From an uncultured Clostridia bacterium (GTDB lineage Bacteria; Bacillota; Clostridia; Christensenellales; Borkfalkiaceae): 64,000 bases of DNA. This document shows positions 8,618 to 15,808 of the stretch, piece after piece. Numbering within the stretch: position 1 is the first letter of the stretch; the number at the start of each line of letters is the position of its first letter. Location of the stretch: positions 14,474 to 78,473 of the forward strand of contig CALVTT010000002.1 of the NCBI GenBank assembly GCA_944363045.1. Reading direction: 5' to 3'. The notes beneath the pieces were generated by a model. That model was not told where the DNA came from and did not search any database. It worked only from the letters and a program-made list of their open reading frames with translations. Position numbers and translations under genes: made by a program.

Positions 8618-9455
8618 ACTGCGCCCGAGCGCCCTCATGCCGCTCGTCCTCCTGCTCTTCCTCCTGGCGAGCTGCATCTCCGTGCATCCGCAGCAGCTGT
8701 GGCAAGCGCGCGGAGCCTCCGCTCAGGCAGCCTTAAAACCAGCCGAAAGCCGAGGAGAATGCGTCATAGAAGTTTCTTCCCGTCTCTTTTTGCATGAAAA
8801 AAATGCCGATCTGCCCCTGCCTATGGCGAGCACGACAAAGATCTTGACGGCGCTCATCATCCTTGAAGATTGCGGCCTGCAAGAAAAAGTCACGATCCCC
8901 ACCGAAGCAGAACGCGCGGGCGGCTCCAGCGTTTATCTCAGAAAAGGGGAGTCTCACAGCGTAGAGGAGCTTCTCTACGGGCTGATGCTGCGTTCAGGCA
9001 ACGACTGCGCCGTTTCGCTCGCCGTTCACCGCAGCGGAAGCGTACAGAAATTTGCCGCGCTCATGAATGGCAGAGCTGCGGAACTTGGCGCAGAACACAG
9101 CCGCTTTTGCAATCCTCACGGACTGCCCGCGGAAGGGCACTATACAACGGCGCGCGATCTTGCGCTCATAACGGCGGCGGCAATGGAAAATGAGCATTTC
9201 AGAAAAATCGTCTCCTGCCGCTATTATCCCGCAAGCGGATGGAAAAATAAAAATAAATTTCTCTTTGATTACGAGGGCGCCTGCGGCGTCAAGACGGGTT
9301 ATACACAAAAGGCGGGACGCTGCCTCGTCGCCGCCGCAGAAAGGGGAGATACGCTGCTTATCTCCGTCGTTCTCAACTCGCCGCAAATGTACGAGCGGAG
9401 CCAAGAACTGATAGATGCAGCTTTTTCCCGCTACGAAGTTCCCGCACAACCCTGA
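8604..9455 (+). CDS. dacB: D-alanyl-D-alanine carboxypeptidase (serine-type, PBP5 family)
   Basis: SxxK (ASTTK), SxN (SGND) and KTG (KTGYT) motifs are present, plus a lipoprotein-like signal LLASC. The position after scpAB matches Bacillus dacB. Confidence 0.8.
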   Translation: MLRLKLRPSALMPLVLLLFLLASCISVHPQQLWQARGASAQAALKPAESRGECVIEVSSRLFLHEKNADLPLPMASTTKILTALIILEDCGLQEKVTIPTEAERAGGSSVYLRKGESHSVEELLYGLMLRSGNDCAVSLAVHRSGSVQKFAALMNGRAAELGAEHSRFCNPHGLPAEGHYTTARDLALITAAAMENEHFRKIVSCRYYPASGWKNKNKFLFDYEGACGVKTGYTQKAGRCLVAAAERGDTLLISVVLNSPQMYERSQELIDAAFSRYEVPAQP

Positions 9456-9519
9456 AAAGGGCTTGCTTTTTTTGCTGCTTTCGATTATCATAGAGATAAG
9501 AAAATCGGCGAGGCAGCAA

Positions 9520-10224
9520 ATGCGCATCAATAAATTTTTGGCGGAACAGGGGATCGCTTCGCGACGCGGGAGCGATACGCTCGTTAGCGACGGACGCGTC
9601 AAGATCAACGGACGCGTCGCCGTCGCGGGCGACAATGTTGAGCCCTCCGACGTCGTGGAGCTGGACGGCAAGATCCTTTCGCACAAGGTAAAGTATGAAT
9701 ACTATCTCCTCAACAAGCCCAAGGGATATGTCTGTACCGTCTCTGACGAAAAAGACCGCAAGACCGTGATGCAGCTCTTGCCTCAGGGGGCGGGCAGAGT
9801 GTATCCCGTCGGGCGCCTTGACTATGAAACGGAAGGGCTGCTGATCCTGACCAATGACGGAGACCTCGCCTATCGTTTGACTGCGCCTCAAAATGAGATC
9901 CCCAAGACCTATCTCGTGCGCATCGAAGGAAGCGTTACCGCTTCCGATCTCAATCGGCTGCGTGCGGGGGTTGAGATCGAGAAGGGCGTCATCACAAAAA
10001 AATGCAGGATCAACGTCATTGAAACGGATAAAAACTACACGAAACTTCATGTCGCCATCACCGAAGGCAAGAACCGTGAGATCAGGAAGATGTTCGAGGT
10101 CATCGGCAAGCACATCGACTTCTTAAAGCGGATCAAGATCGGGGAACTGACGCTGAGCGGGCTGGATCGAGGGAAAGTGCGCAAGCTGAGCCCGGAGGAA
10201 GTCTATTATCTGCAAAATCTTTAA
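9520..10224 (+). CDS. rluB: Pseudouridine synthase, RsuA/RluB family with S4 domain
   Basis: MRINKFLAEQGIASRR is an S4 domain, and GRLDYETEGLLILTNDG is the catalytic Asp motif. ATG at 9520 is preferred over the track start 9415. Confidence 0.8.
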   Translation: MRINKFLAEQGIASRRGSDTLVSDGRVKINGRVAVAGDNVEPSDVVELDGKILSHKVKYEYYLLNKPKGYVCTVSDEKDRKTVMQLLPQGAGRVYPVGRLDYETEGLLILTNDGDLAYRLTAPQNEIPKTYLVRIEGSVTASDLNRLRAGVEIEKGVITKKCRINVIETDKNYTKLHVAITEGKNREIRKMFEVIGKHIDFLKRIKIGELTLSGLDRGKVRKLSPEEVYYLQNL

Positions 10225-10227
10225 CAT

Positions 10228-10253
10228 GAAAGCGCCTCCGAAGAGGCGCTTTC
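10228..10253. terminator. Bidirectional hairpin between convergent rluB and lexA
   Basis: Stem GAAAGCGCCTC / GAGGCGCTTTC with loop CGAA. The T tracts are short on both sides. Confidence 0.55.
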
Positions 10254-10267
10254 CTTATTAATCAAGA

Positions 10268-10867
10268 TCAGGAAAAACTGCGAAGAAGGCCTATGACCTT
10301 GCCCAAGATCGTTACATTTTCAAGGACAAAATCGGTCATCGAACTATTTTCGGGGTGAAGGATATATTTACCGTCCCGCAAAAAGAAACGCTTGACGGTC
10401 GCCCCTTCCTCGACACCGTCATCAAAGAGGGCAACAACGATATCACCGTTCTCCGCCGTCTCTTGCTTGCGGACGACCACTTTGTCGCCATCGAAGATGC
10501 CCGCCTCGATCATACTCTCCCCGCGCACCCGCAGCAAAAAGAGCCCTTCGCCATGAAATTCCGCAGAGGGAAGTGTATAAAAACTTTCATAATTCTCGAC
10601 AGCCAAAATAGGCTGGCCGGCAGTTACCGTACCGATAAGAGGCACCTTGACGATATCCGAACCGACAAGAGAAACGGCACGTTTTTTCCTGTCCGCCTTA
10701 TTGAGGAGCCCCGCTTCCCGCAAACGGTTGATATAGCTATATGCCGTTGCGGTCGACTTGATGGAAAGCGCCGAACAAATATCGCGAACGGTAGGGGGGA
10801 ATCCGTTTTCTGCGTTATAACGGTTGACATAGGAAAGGACTTCGTTTAGTTTATTCTGATCGACCAT
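10268..10867 (-). CDS. lexA: LexA repressor
   Basis: It has a winged-helix N-terminus and the S24 peptidase motifs VRGESMIEAGI and ATVKRF. ATG at 10867 has AGAGGTGG 5 nt upstream; the track start 10876 is GTG. Confidence 0.9.
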   Translation of the reverse strand: MVDQNKLNEVLSYVNRYNAENGFPPTVRDICSALSIKSTATAYSYINRLREAGLLNKADRKKRAVSLVGSDIVKVPLIGTVTAGQPILAVENYESFYTLPSAEFHGEGLFLLRVRGESMIEAGIFDGDKVVVRKQETAENGDIVVALFDDGVEEGATVKRFFLRDGKYILHPENSSMTDFVLENVTILGKVIGLLRSFS

Positions 10868-10887
10868 ATTTACCACCTCTTACATAG

Positions 10888-10916
10888 AGTATAGCACATT
10901 TGAACGAAGATTGCAA
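10888..10916 (-). promoter_or_regulatory. lexA promoter (TTGCAA-17-TATACT)
   Basis: On the minus strand, TTGCAA (10916-10911), a 17-nt spacer, and TATACT (10893-10888). Confidence 0.55.
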
Positions 10917-10927
10917 ACAAATGTTCT
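10914..10927 (-). promoter_or_regulatory. Candidate SOS (Cheo) box AGAACATTTGTTTG overlapping the lexA -35
   Basis: The minus strand reads GAAC-ATTT-GTTT, one mismatch from the Gram-positive GAAC-N4-GTTC core. Its position suits autoregulation. Confidence 0.5.
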
Positions 10928-10954
10928 ATTGAAAAGAAAAAAATCAGAAAAAAG

Positions 10955-10983
10955 TTGTCATTTTTTTTGATAAGGGGTATAAT
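10955..10983 (+). promoter_or_regulatory. Sigma-A type promoter for the small Cys-rich ORF (TTGTCA-17-TATAAT)
   Basis: TTGTCA at 10955-10960, a 17-nt spacer, and TATAAT at 10978-10983. It is divergent from lexA. Confidence 0.55.
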
Positions 10984-11012
10984 AGAGGGAGAAAGATGAA
11001 AGAGGGAACAAC

Positions 11013-11198
11013 ATGGAAAGGATCAAATGTATCTTAGACGAAACGAAAGACTGCGACAACTGCATGGAATGTGAGATCTGCGACCTCGATCCCAATAAAA
11101 TATGTGATAACTGCGGAAAGTGCCTTGAGATCAAAGACTATGCCGCCATTAAGATCGATAGGGTCTTTACTGACCCCAAAGAGTACCATGAAAATTAA
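11013..11198 (+). CDS. Small Cys-rich hypothetical protein (61 aa, 8 Cys: CDNCMECEIC ... CDNCGKC)
   Basis: The ORF has a GAGGGA SD 6 nt upstream and its own consensus promoter. It has CxxCxxCxxC and CxxCxxC metal-binding-like spacing. I do not recognise the family. Confidence 0.5.
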   Translation: MERIKCILDETKDCDNCMECEICDLDPNKICDNCGKCLEIKDYAAIKIDRVFTDPKEYHEN

Positions 11199-11210
11199 AA
11201 TATGCCTTTT

Positions 11211-11236
11211 TGCATAGTACTATGCGTGACATACTA
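11211..11236 (+). repeat. Palindromic element copy 2 (TGCATAGTACTATG-CGTGA-CATACTA), intergenic
   Basis: It is identical over 23 nt to copy 1. It lies between convergent stops: the Cys-rich ORF stop at 11198 and the hflX stop at 11249. Confidence 0.9.
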
Positions 11237-11248
11237 TTGTGATTTACT

Positions 11249-12466
11249 TCAGCTTTTGCGGAATTTAAGCACTTTATCTGCATAAATAGCGGGAACGATC
11301 GCCTTGACCGACATCCCTTCATCCGTATAAGACACGCTCCTCTCCGTCAGCAGGGAACGGAGCGCTCCATATGCAGAAAAGTCTTTATAGGGGATATTTA
11401 GCTCGCAGCGTAAAAAATTGTCCTCTAATGCCTCGAAGATTTTTGCCCGCAAAGTGTCCAATCCCTGTCCGTATTTGGCTGAGATCGCAATACCGTCATG
11501 AGGAAGCGCATCAAGATCTTCGATCTTATCGCATTGATTGTAAACGATGAGGTAGGGCGCCGTAAAGCCCATGCCGCGCAATGTATTTAGCGTTGTTTGC
11601 TTTTCAAGCTCATATTCTCCCGCCGCATTGCAGACGATGAGCGCAAGATCGCACCAAAGAGCGCTCTCGAGCGTCGATTTGAACGCCTCGATGAGGTGAT
11701 GGGGAAGGCTTTGCAAAAAGCCGACGGTATCGATGAGAAGAAAAGGCACGTCTTCAACGGTAAAAGAACGGGAAGTCGGGTCGAGGGTCGCAAAGAGCGC
11801 ATCTTTAACCAGCACATCGGCGCCCGTCATGACATTTAAGAGCGTTGACTTACCCGTATTCGTATATCCGACAAGGGCAACCGTGAGCACCTTGTCTTTT
11901 TTTCTGCGCTCTGCAAGCATCGTCCGCCGCTGCTGCGTCTCGGCAAGTTTTCTCTCCAGCGCATCGATGCGCGAACGAATATGACGGCGATCGGTTTCCA
12001 GCTGAGTTTCTCCGGGGCCGCGCGTCCCGATCCCACCGCCAAGCCGCGAAAGCGCCTCGCCCTTGCCGCGAAGTCTGGGGTAGAGATATTTCAACTGAGC
12101 CAGCTCCACCTGGATCTTGCCTTCACTGCTCTCGGCACGCAAAGCAAAGATATCGAGGATGAGCGTCGTGCGGTCAATGACCTTGCGCCCCTCCAAAGCA
12201 GCGGAAAGATTGAGAGTCTGGGAAGGGGAGAGCTCACCGTTAAAGAGAACGGTCACATCCAATCCCTCCAACATCATGCGTATCTCTTCGGCCTTTCCTT
12301 CCCCGATATAAGTTGCGGGATTGACCTCGCGGATCCTCTGATAGACGGTACCGGCATAGTCGGCGTTGGCGCTCTCGATGAGCGCGACGGCTTCCTCCTG
12401 CAATACACGGTAATTATCACTCTCAATAGGTTGTATTACAAAAACACGTTCTTTTTCTTGATTCAT
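11249..12466 (-). CDS. hflX: GTPase HflX
   Basis: It has the HflX N-terminal domain plus G motifs GYTNTGKST and DTVGF. Its ATG overlaps the recombinase stop (ATGA). Confidence 0.9.
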   Translation of the reverse strand: MNQEKERVFVIQPIESDNYRVLQEEAVALIESANADYAGTVYQRIREVNPATYIGEGKAEEIRMMLEGLDVTVLFNGELSPSQTLNLSAALEGRKVIDRTTLILDIFALRAESSEGKIQVELAQLKYLYPRLRGKGEALSRLGGGIGTRGPGETQLETDRRHIRSRIDALERKLAETQQRRTMLAERRKKDKVLTVALVGYTNTGKSTLLNVMTGADVLVKDALFATLDPTSRSFTVEDVPFLLIDTVGFLQSLPHHLIEAFKSTLESALWCDLALIVCNAAGEYELEKQTTLNTLRGMGFTAPYLIVYNQCDKIEDLDALPHDGIAISAKYGQGLDTLRAKIFEALEDNFLRCELNIPYKDFSAYGALRSLLTERSVSYTDEGMSVKAIVPAIYADKVLKFRKS

Positions 12467-13518
12467 GTTTCATCCTTTTTATGATCTCTGAGGCGGATCG
12501 CATTGGCGACGGACTTTCGGTGATCTTCCGTGATGGCGGCATAGTGTTTTCGCGTCGTATTGACGTCCTTATGCCCAAGCACGTCGGCAACGATATAAAT
12601 ATCGCCCGTCTCACGGTAAAGGCTGGTCCCGTAGGTTGAGCGAAGCTTATGCGGCGTGATTTTTTTGAGAGGGGAGACGATTTTTGCGTACTTTTTGACC
12701 AAATTTTCCACGGCTCTTACCGTAATGCGCCTATATTGCATAGATAAAAAGAGGGCGTGTTCCTCGGGCGGAACGCGAGGGTCATCCTCCTTTTGGGCGA
12801 GATAGGCTCCCAAAGCGTCCCCGACTTCTTCCGAAAAATAGAGCACGGCTTGATTTCCGCCCTTGCGGGTCACCAAAAAAGAATTTGTTGAAAAATCAAT
12901 GCTCTCATTGTTGAGCCCGACAAGCTCAGAGATACGGATGCCTGTACCCAAAAACAAGGTCAGGATGGCCGTATCGCGGATCTTTGTCTTGGAATGGTAT
13001 CCCTCGGCGTGCGAAGAGAGGCCGTTCCCTTCCTCTGCAACGTCGAGGAGCGAACTTACCTCATCCTGTTCAAGGCGGATGATCTCCTTTTCATGCAATT
13101 TAGGGGTGGGGACTTTGGCGGTATTATTGACATCGATCAAACCCTTATTGAAAAAATACTTAAAAAGAGAACGTACGGCAGAGAGCTTGCGCGCTTTCGC
13201 GCGCTCATCGCAGGAGAGGCGCTTGCCGCGAAAAGAGTAGTTGGAAAGATAGCTTAAATAGATCTCAATGTCCGTATCTGTGACCCGTTCAAGATCTTCC
13301 AATGTAAGCTCTGAGACCTGCCTTCCGCGGAAACGCTTTTTGACGAGAAAATCAAAGAAGATGCGCAAATCATAGCAATAGTTAAGGCGCGTGAGAACGC
13401 TCGTACGCATCTCCACGCCGCGCAAAAAATCTTCGCAGAAAGAGGGGAGCTCCTGCAAAAGCCCCTCGATGCGATCCAAGTTTTTTAAGTTGCGCTCCTG
13501 ATAATAATCTTGCTTCAT
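12463..13518 (-). CDS. Site-specific tyrosine recombinase, XerC/XerD family
   Basis: It has an N-terminal SAM-like domain and the catalytic region GTGIRISE, HKLRSTYGT, LGHKDVNTTRKHY (R-H-R-Y). ATG 13518 is preferred over GTG 13596 because a consensus promoter lies inside the extension. Confidence 0.8.
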   Translation of the reverse strand: MKQDYYQERNLKNLDRIEGLLQELPSFCEDFLRGVEMRTSVLTRLNYCYDLRIFFDFLVKKRFRGRQVSELTLEDLERVTDTDIEIYLSYLSNYSFRGKRLSCDERAKARKLSAVRSLFKYFFNKGLIDVNNTAKVPTPKLHEKEIIRLEQDEVSSLLDVAEEGNGLSSHAEGYHSKTKIRDTAILTLFLGTGIRISELVGLNNESIDFSTNSFLVTRKGGNQAVLYFSEEVGDALGAYLAQKEDDPRVPPEEHALFLSMQYRRITVRAVENLVKKYAKIVSPLKKITPHKLRSTYGTSLYRETGDIYIVADVLGHKDVNTTRKHYAAITEDHRKSVANAIRLRDHKKDET

Positions 13519-13524
13519 GAACAC

Positions 13525-13553
13525 ATTATAGCACGGAATTTCGATCTCGTCAA
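13525..13553 (-). promoter_or_regulatory. Sigma-A type promoter (TTGACG-17-TATAAT), -10 ends 6 nt before ATG 13518 (leaderless candidate)
   Basis: The minus strand reads TTGACG (13553-13548), a 17-nt spacer, TATAAT (13530-13525), then GTGTTC and the ATG. Confidence 0.5.
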
Positions 13554-13643
13554 TCAAAGAGAAGATATTTTTACGAATAGTTAAGGGGGGCTGCACTACG
13601 GCTCCCCGCCATTCTATGAAAAAAACTTGCCGAGGGGAGAGAT

Positions 13644-13681
13644 ATAACTATTCGCAAAATGCCGATTTTAAGAATAGTTAT
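13644..13681. repeat. Perfect 10-bp inverted repeat ATAACTATTC-N18-GAATAGTTAT upstream of the recombinase gene
   Basis: The arms are 13644-13653 and 13672-13681. A third partial copy, CGAATAGTTAA, lies at 13574-13584. Confidence 0.8.
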
Positions 13682-13890
13682 GCTAAAAATTACAGAAAAG
13701 AGATGTTTTTGTCTCGTCGCAAAAGAAAATTTGGTAAAAGATTATCGTGCAGGTAAAATTGAATGCGGGAGAACGTCGGGTAACATACAGGCGTCTGTCT
13801 CATCGCATGAGAGCCATCGGTGCAGTTACGCTATATGATTTGTCGTATGGCATCGCTTTGCTCTGTGCCAAAATGAGCTTACTCAATTCA

Positions 13891-13925
13891 AAAAAGGATA
13901 CTATGCGTGACATAGTATCCTTTTT
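13891..13925. terminator. Bidirectional terminator formed by palindromic element copy 3 (AAAAA-GGATACTATG-CGTGA-CATAGTATCC-TTTTT)
   Basis: It has a perfect 10-bp stem and a 5-nt loop, flanked by A5 and T5. It begins 8 nt past the GH13 stop (13928). It shares the 16-mer TACTATGCGTGACATA with copies 1 and 2. Confidence 0.8.
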
Positions 13926-13927
13926 CT

Positions 13928-15754
13928 TTACTTGACACGGGCAATGATCCCGTATTCTCCTTTCTTGACGACGAGCTCGTCTTGAAACTTTACACCGCTC
14001 AGATATTCCTTATAGCTCCCATGAAACTTCAGGCGATATTGGCAAGAACCGCGGTTGACATAGATATAGACGCTTCCTGCCGCCGACTTTCTTTCATAGA
14101 GAAGAAACGTCTGATTTGCATAGACTTCCCGGTAAACACCGTCACGGAACACATCGATGAGTGAATTCCGCACTCTTCCCAACTGTTCGTAAAAACTTCT
14201 TAGCTGAAGATCGCCGTTCTCCCAATCGTAGCAGCCGCGGCAGAACGGATCGCTGTAACCCTGCATCCCGATCTCGTCGCCGTAATAGATACAAGGTACG
14301 CCGGGGAGCGTAAACTGCACGACGGCACCCATTTTCAGAAGCTCTTTTGCCGCAGCCAGCTCTTTTTCATTGAGTCTTGTTACAGCCATCTCATCCTTAC
14401 ATTGACAGCTCTTGCCGCCGAGAACGGTAAGGATGCGCGCTGTGTCGTGCGTCCCCAAATGGTTCATCAAGCAGTCGAGCGTCAATTTGGGATAATGGTC
14501 GATGAGCATGGCGATGGTCTCGCGCAGGCGACTCGTATTCCCCGAGAGAAGGAAATGGATCACGGCATCCTTGAGTGGATAGTTCATCACGCTGTCCAGC
14601 TCCTCGCCCTGAAAATACTCACGGCGCTCACCGTAGGCGATCTTATTGGAGGCGTCCTCCCAAACTTCACCGATGATGATGGCGTCGGGATCCTGCTCCT
14701 TCGCGGCTTTTCTGAGTTTCTTCAAAAAGAAGCCGGGGAGCTCATCGGCGACGTCGAGGCGGTAGCCGCCGATGCCGTGCCTGAGCCAAGTCTTGATGAC
14801 GCCGTCCTCGGAAAACATAAAGTTTTGGTAGCTTTCGGAACTCTCTTTGATGGCGGGAAGCGTCTCCATCCCCCACCAGCTGTCATAAGAATCGCGGGAG
14901 CCATGAAAGGTGTACCAATCATAGTAAGGCGATTTTTCCGACTGATATGCCCCGAGGCTCGGATAGTTGGAATAGCGGTTAAAATAGCGGCTGTCATCGC
15001 CCGTATGATTGAAGACCCCGTCCAGAATGACGCGCATCCCCCTTTTTTTTGCATCGGCAATGAGCGCATCGAGATCCTCTTTCGTTCCTAAATTGGGATC
15101 GATCTCCATATAGTCACCTGTATCGTAACGGTGATTGGAGTAGCACTCAAAGATGGGATTGAAGTAGATTATGGTCACACCGAGCATCTTCAGATAGCCA
15201 AGCTTTTCGTGTACGCCCTTGAGATCGCCGCCAAAAAAGTCATTGTTAAGGACTTTCCCTTCTCCGTTGGGGCGATAATATGGCTGTTCACCCCATTTGC
15301 GCATGACGCCGTGTTTGATCGGCTCATTCCCCGAGCGATAAAACCGATCGGGGAAAATCTGATACATGATGCCGCCCTTGAACCAATCCGGGGTCTTGTA
15401 GCTCTCGTCATAGACGGTGATCTCCCAATTGACGGGATTGCTGCTGAACATACGGCTCCTATGGAAGGTGCCGCTGCCGAGAAAGCGGCCGCCGACGGCA
15501 AAGTAATAGAAGAAGAGCCCCGGCTCGTTAAATTTCAAAGAGATCGTCCAGCCAAAATCTGTGCGGCTCATCTGGTAATAATGGTAATTCTGCCCATCAC
15601 GCCGCAGGACAAGATTACAAACTTCAGCGGAGAAATAATCTTCTCCGCCGGGGTACTTTTCTTTGTAGACGTTTAATCTTACAACAGTCTTTCTTGGAAT
15701 CGCGCCGACAATGCTCTTACACGCCCGATCCAACGGGTTATAATATAGATCCAT
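13928..15754 (-). CDS. GH13 alpha-glucan hydrolase (neopullulanase/amylopullulanase-like)
   Basis: GH13 conserved regions are present: DGVFNH, GYRLDVADE, GEVWED, NHLGTHD. ATG 15754 has GGAAAGAG upstream; the longer track start abuts the glgP stop. Confidence 0.8.
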   Translation of the reverse strand: MDLYYNPLDRACKSIVGAIPRKTVVRLNVYKEKYPGGEDYFSAEVCNLVLRRDGQNYHYYQMSRTDFGWTISLKFNEPGLFFYYFAVGGRFLGSGTFHRSRMFSSNPVNWEITVYDESYKTPDWFKGGIMYQIFPDRFYRSGNEPIKHGVMRKWGEQPYYRPNGEGKVLNNDFFGGDLKGVHEKLGYLKMLGVTIIYFNPIFECYSNHRYDTGDYMEIDPNLGTKEDLDALIADAKKRGMRVILDGVFNHTGDDSRYFNRYSNYPSLGAYQSEKSPYYDWYTFHGSRDSYDSWWGMETLPAIKESSESYQNFMFSEDGVIKTWLRHGIGGYRLDVADELPGFFLKKLRKAAKEQDPDAIIIGEVWEDASNKIAYGERREYFQGEELDSVMNYPLKDAVIHFLLSGNTSRLRETIAMLIDHYPKLTLDCLMNHLGTHDTARILTVLGGKSCQCKDEMAVTRLNEKELAAAKELLKMGAVVQFTLPGVPCIYYGDEIGMQGYSDPFCRGCYDWENGDLQLRSFYEQLGRVRNSLIDVFRDGVYREVYANQTFLLYERKSAAGSVYIYVNRGSCQYRLKFHGSYKEYLSGVKFQDELVVKKGEYGIIARVK

Positions 15755-15808
15755 ATTCTCTTTCCGGTTATTCCGATGCGGCCCGTTCGCCGCGCTGTGC
15801 GAAAGCAA

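Noticed and set aside
10878-10900. TTACATAGAGTATAGCACATT upstream of lexA shares TTACATAG with element copy 4
   Set aside because: Only the first 8 nt match. The rest is the lexA -10 box (TATACT) and leader, and an 8-mer match is expected by chance in 128 kb of two-strand sequence. The same applies to TGACATAG at 14050-14057.
12463-13596. Tyrosine recombinase as a prophage or ICE integrase
   Set aside because: There are no phage, conjugation or att-like features, and no adjacent tRNA. It is operonic with hflX, so it is treated as a chromosomal Xer-like gene.
13747-13935. 62-aa plus-strand ORF in the recombinase-GH13 gap
   Set aside because: It has a GTG start without an SD, begins upstream of the only plausible promoter, and runs through the terminator hairpin. 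Its C-terminus (TMRDIV) is just the element read in frame.
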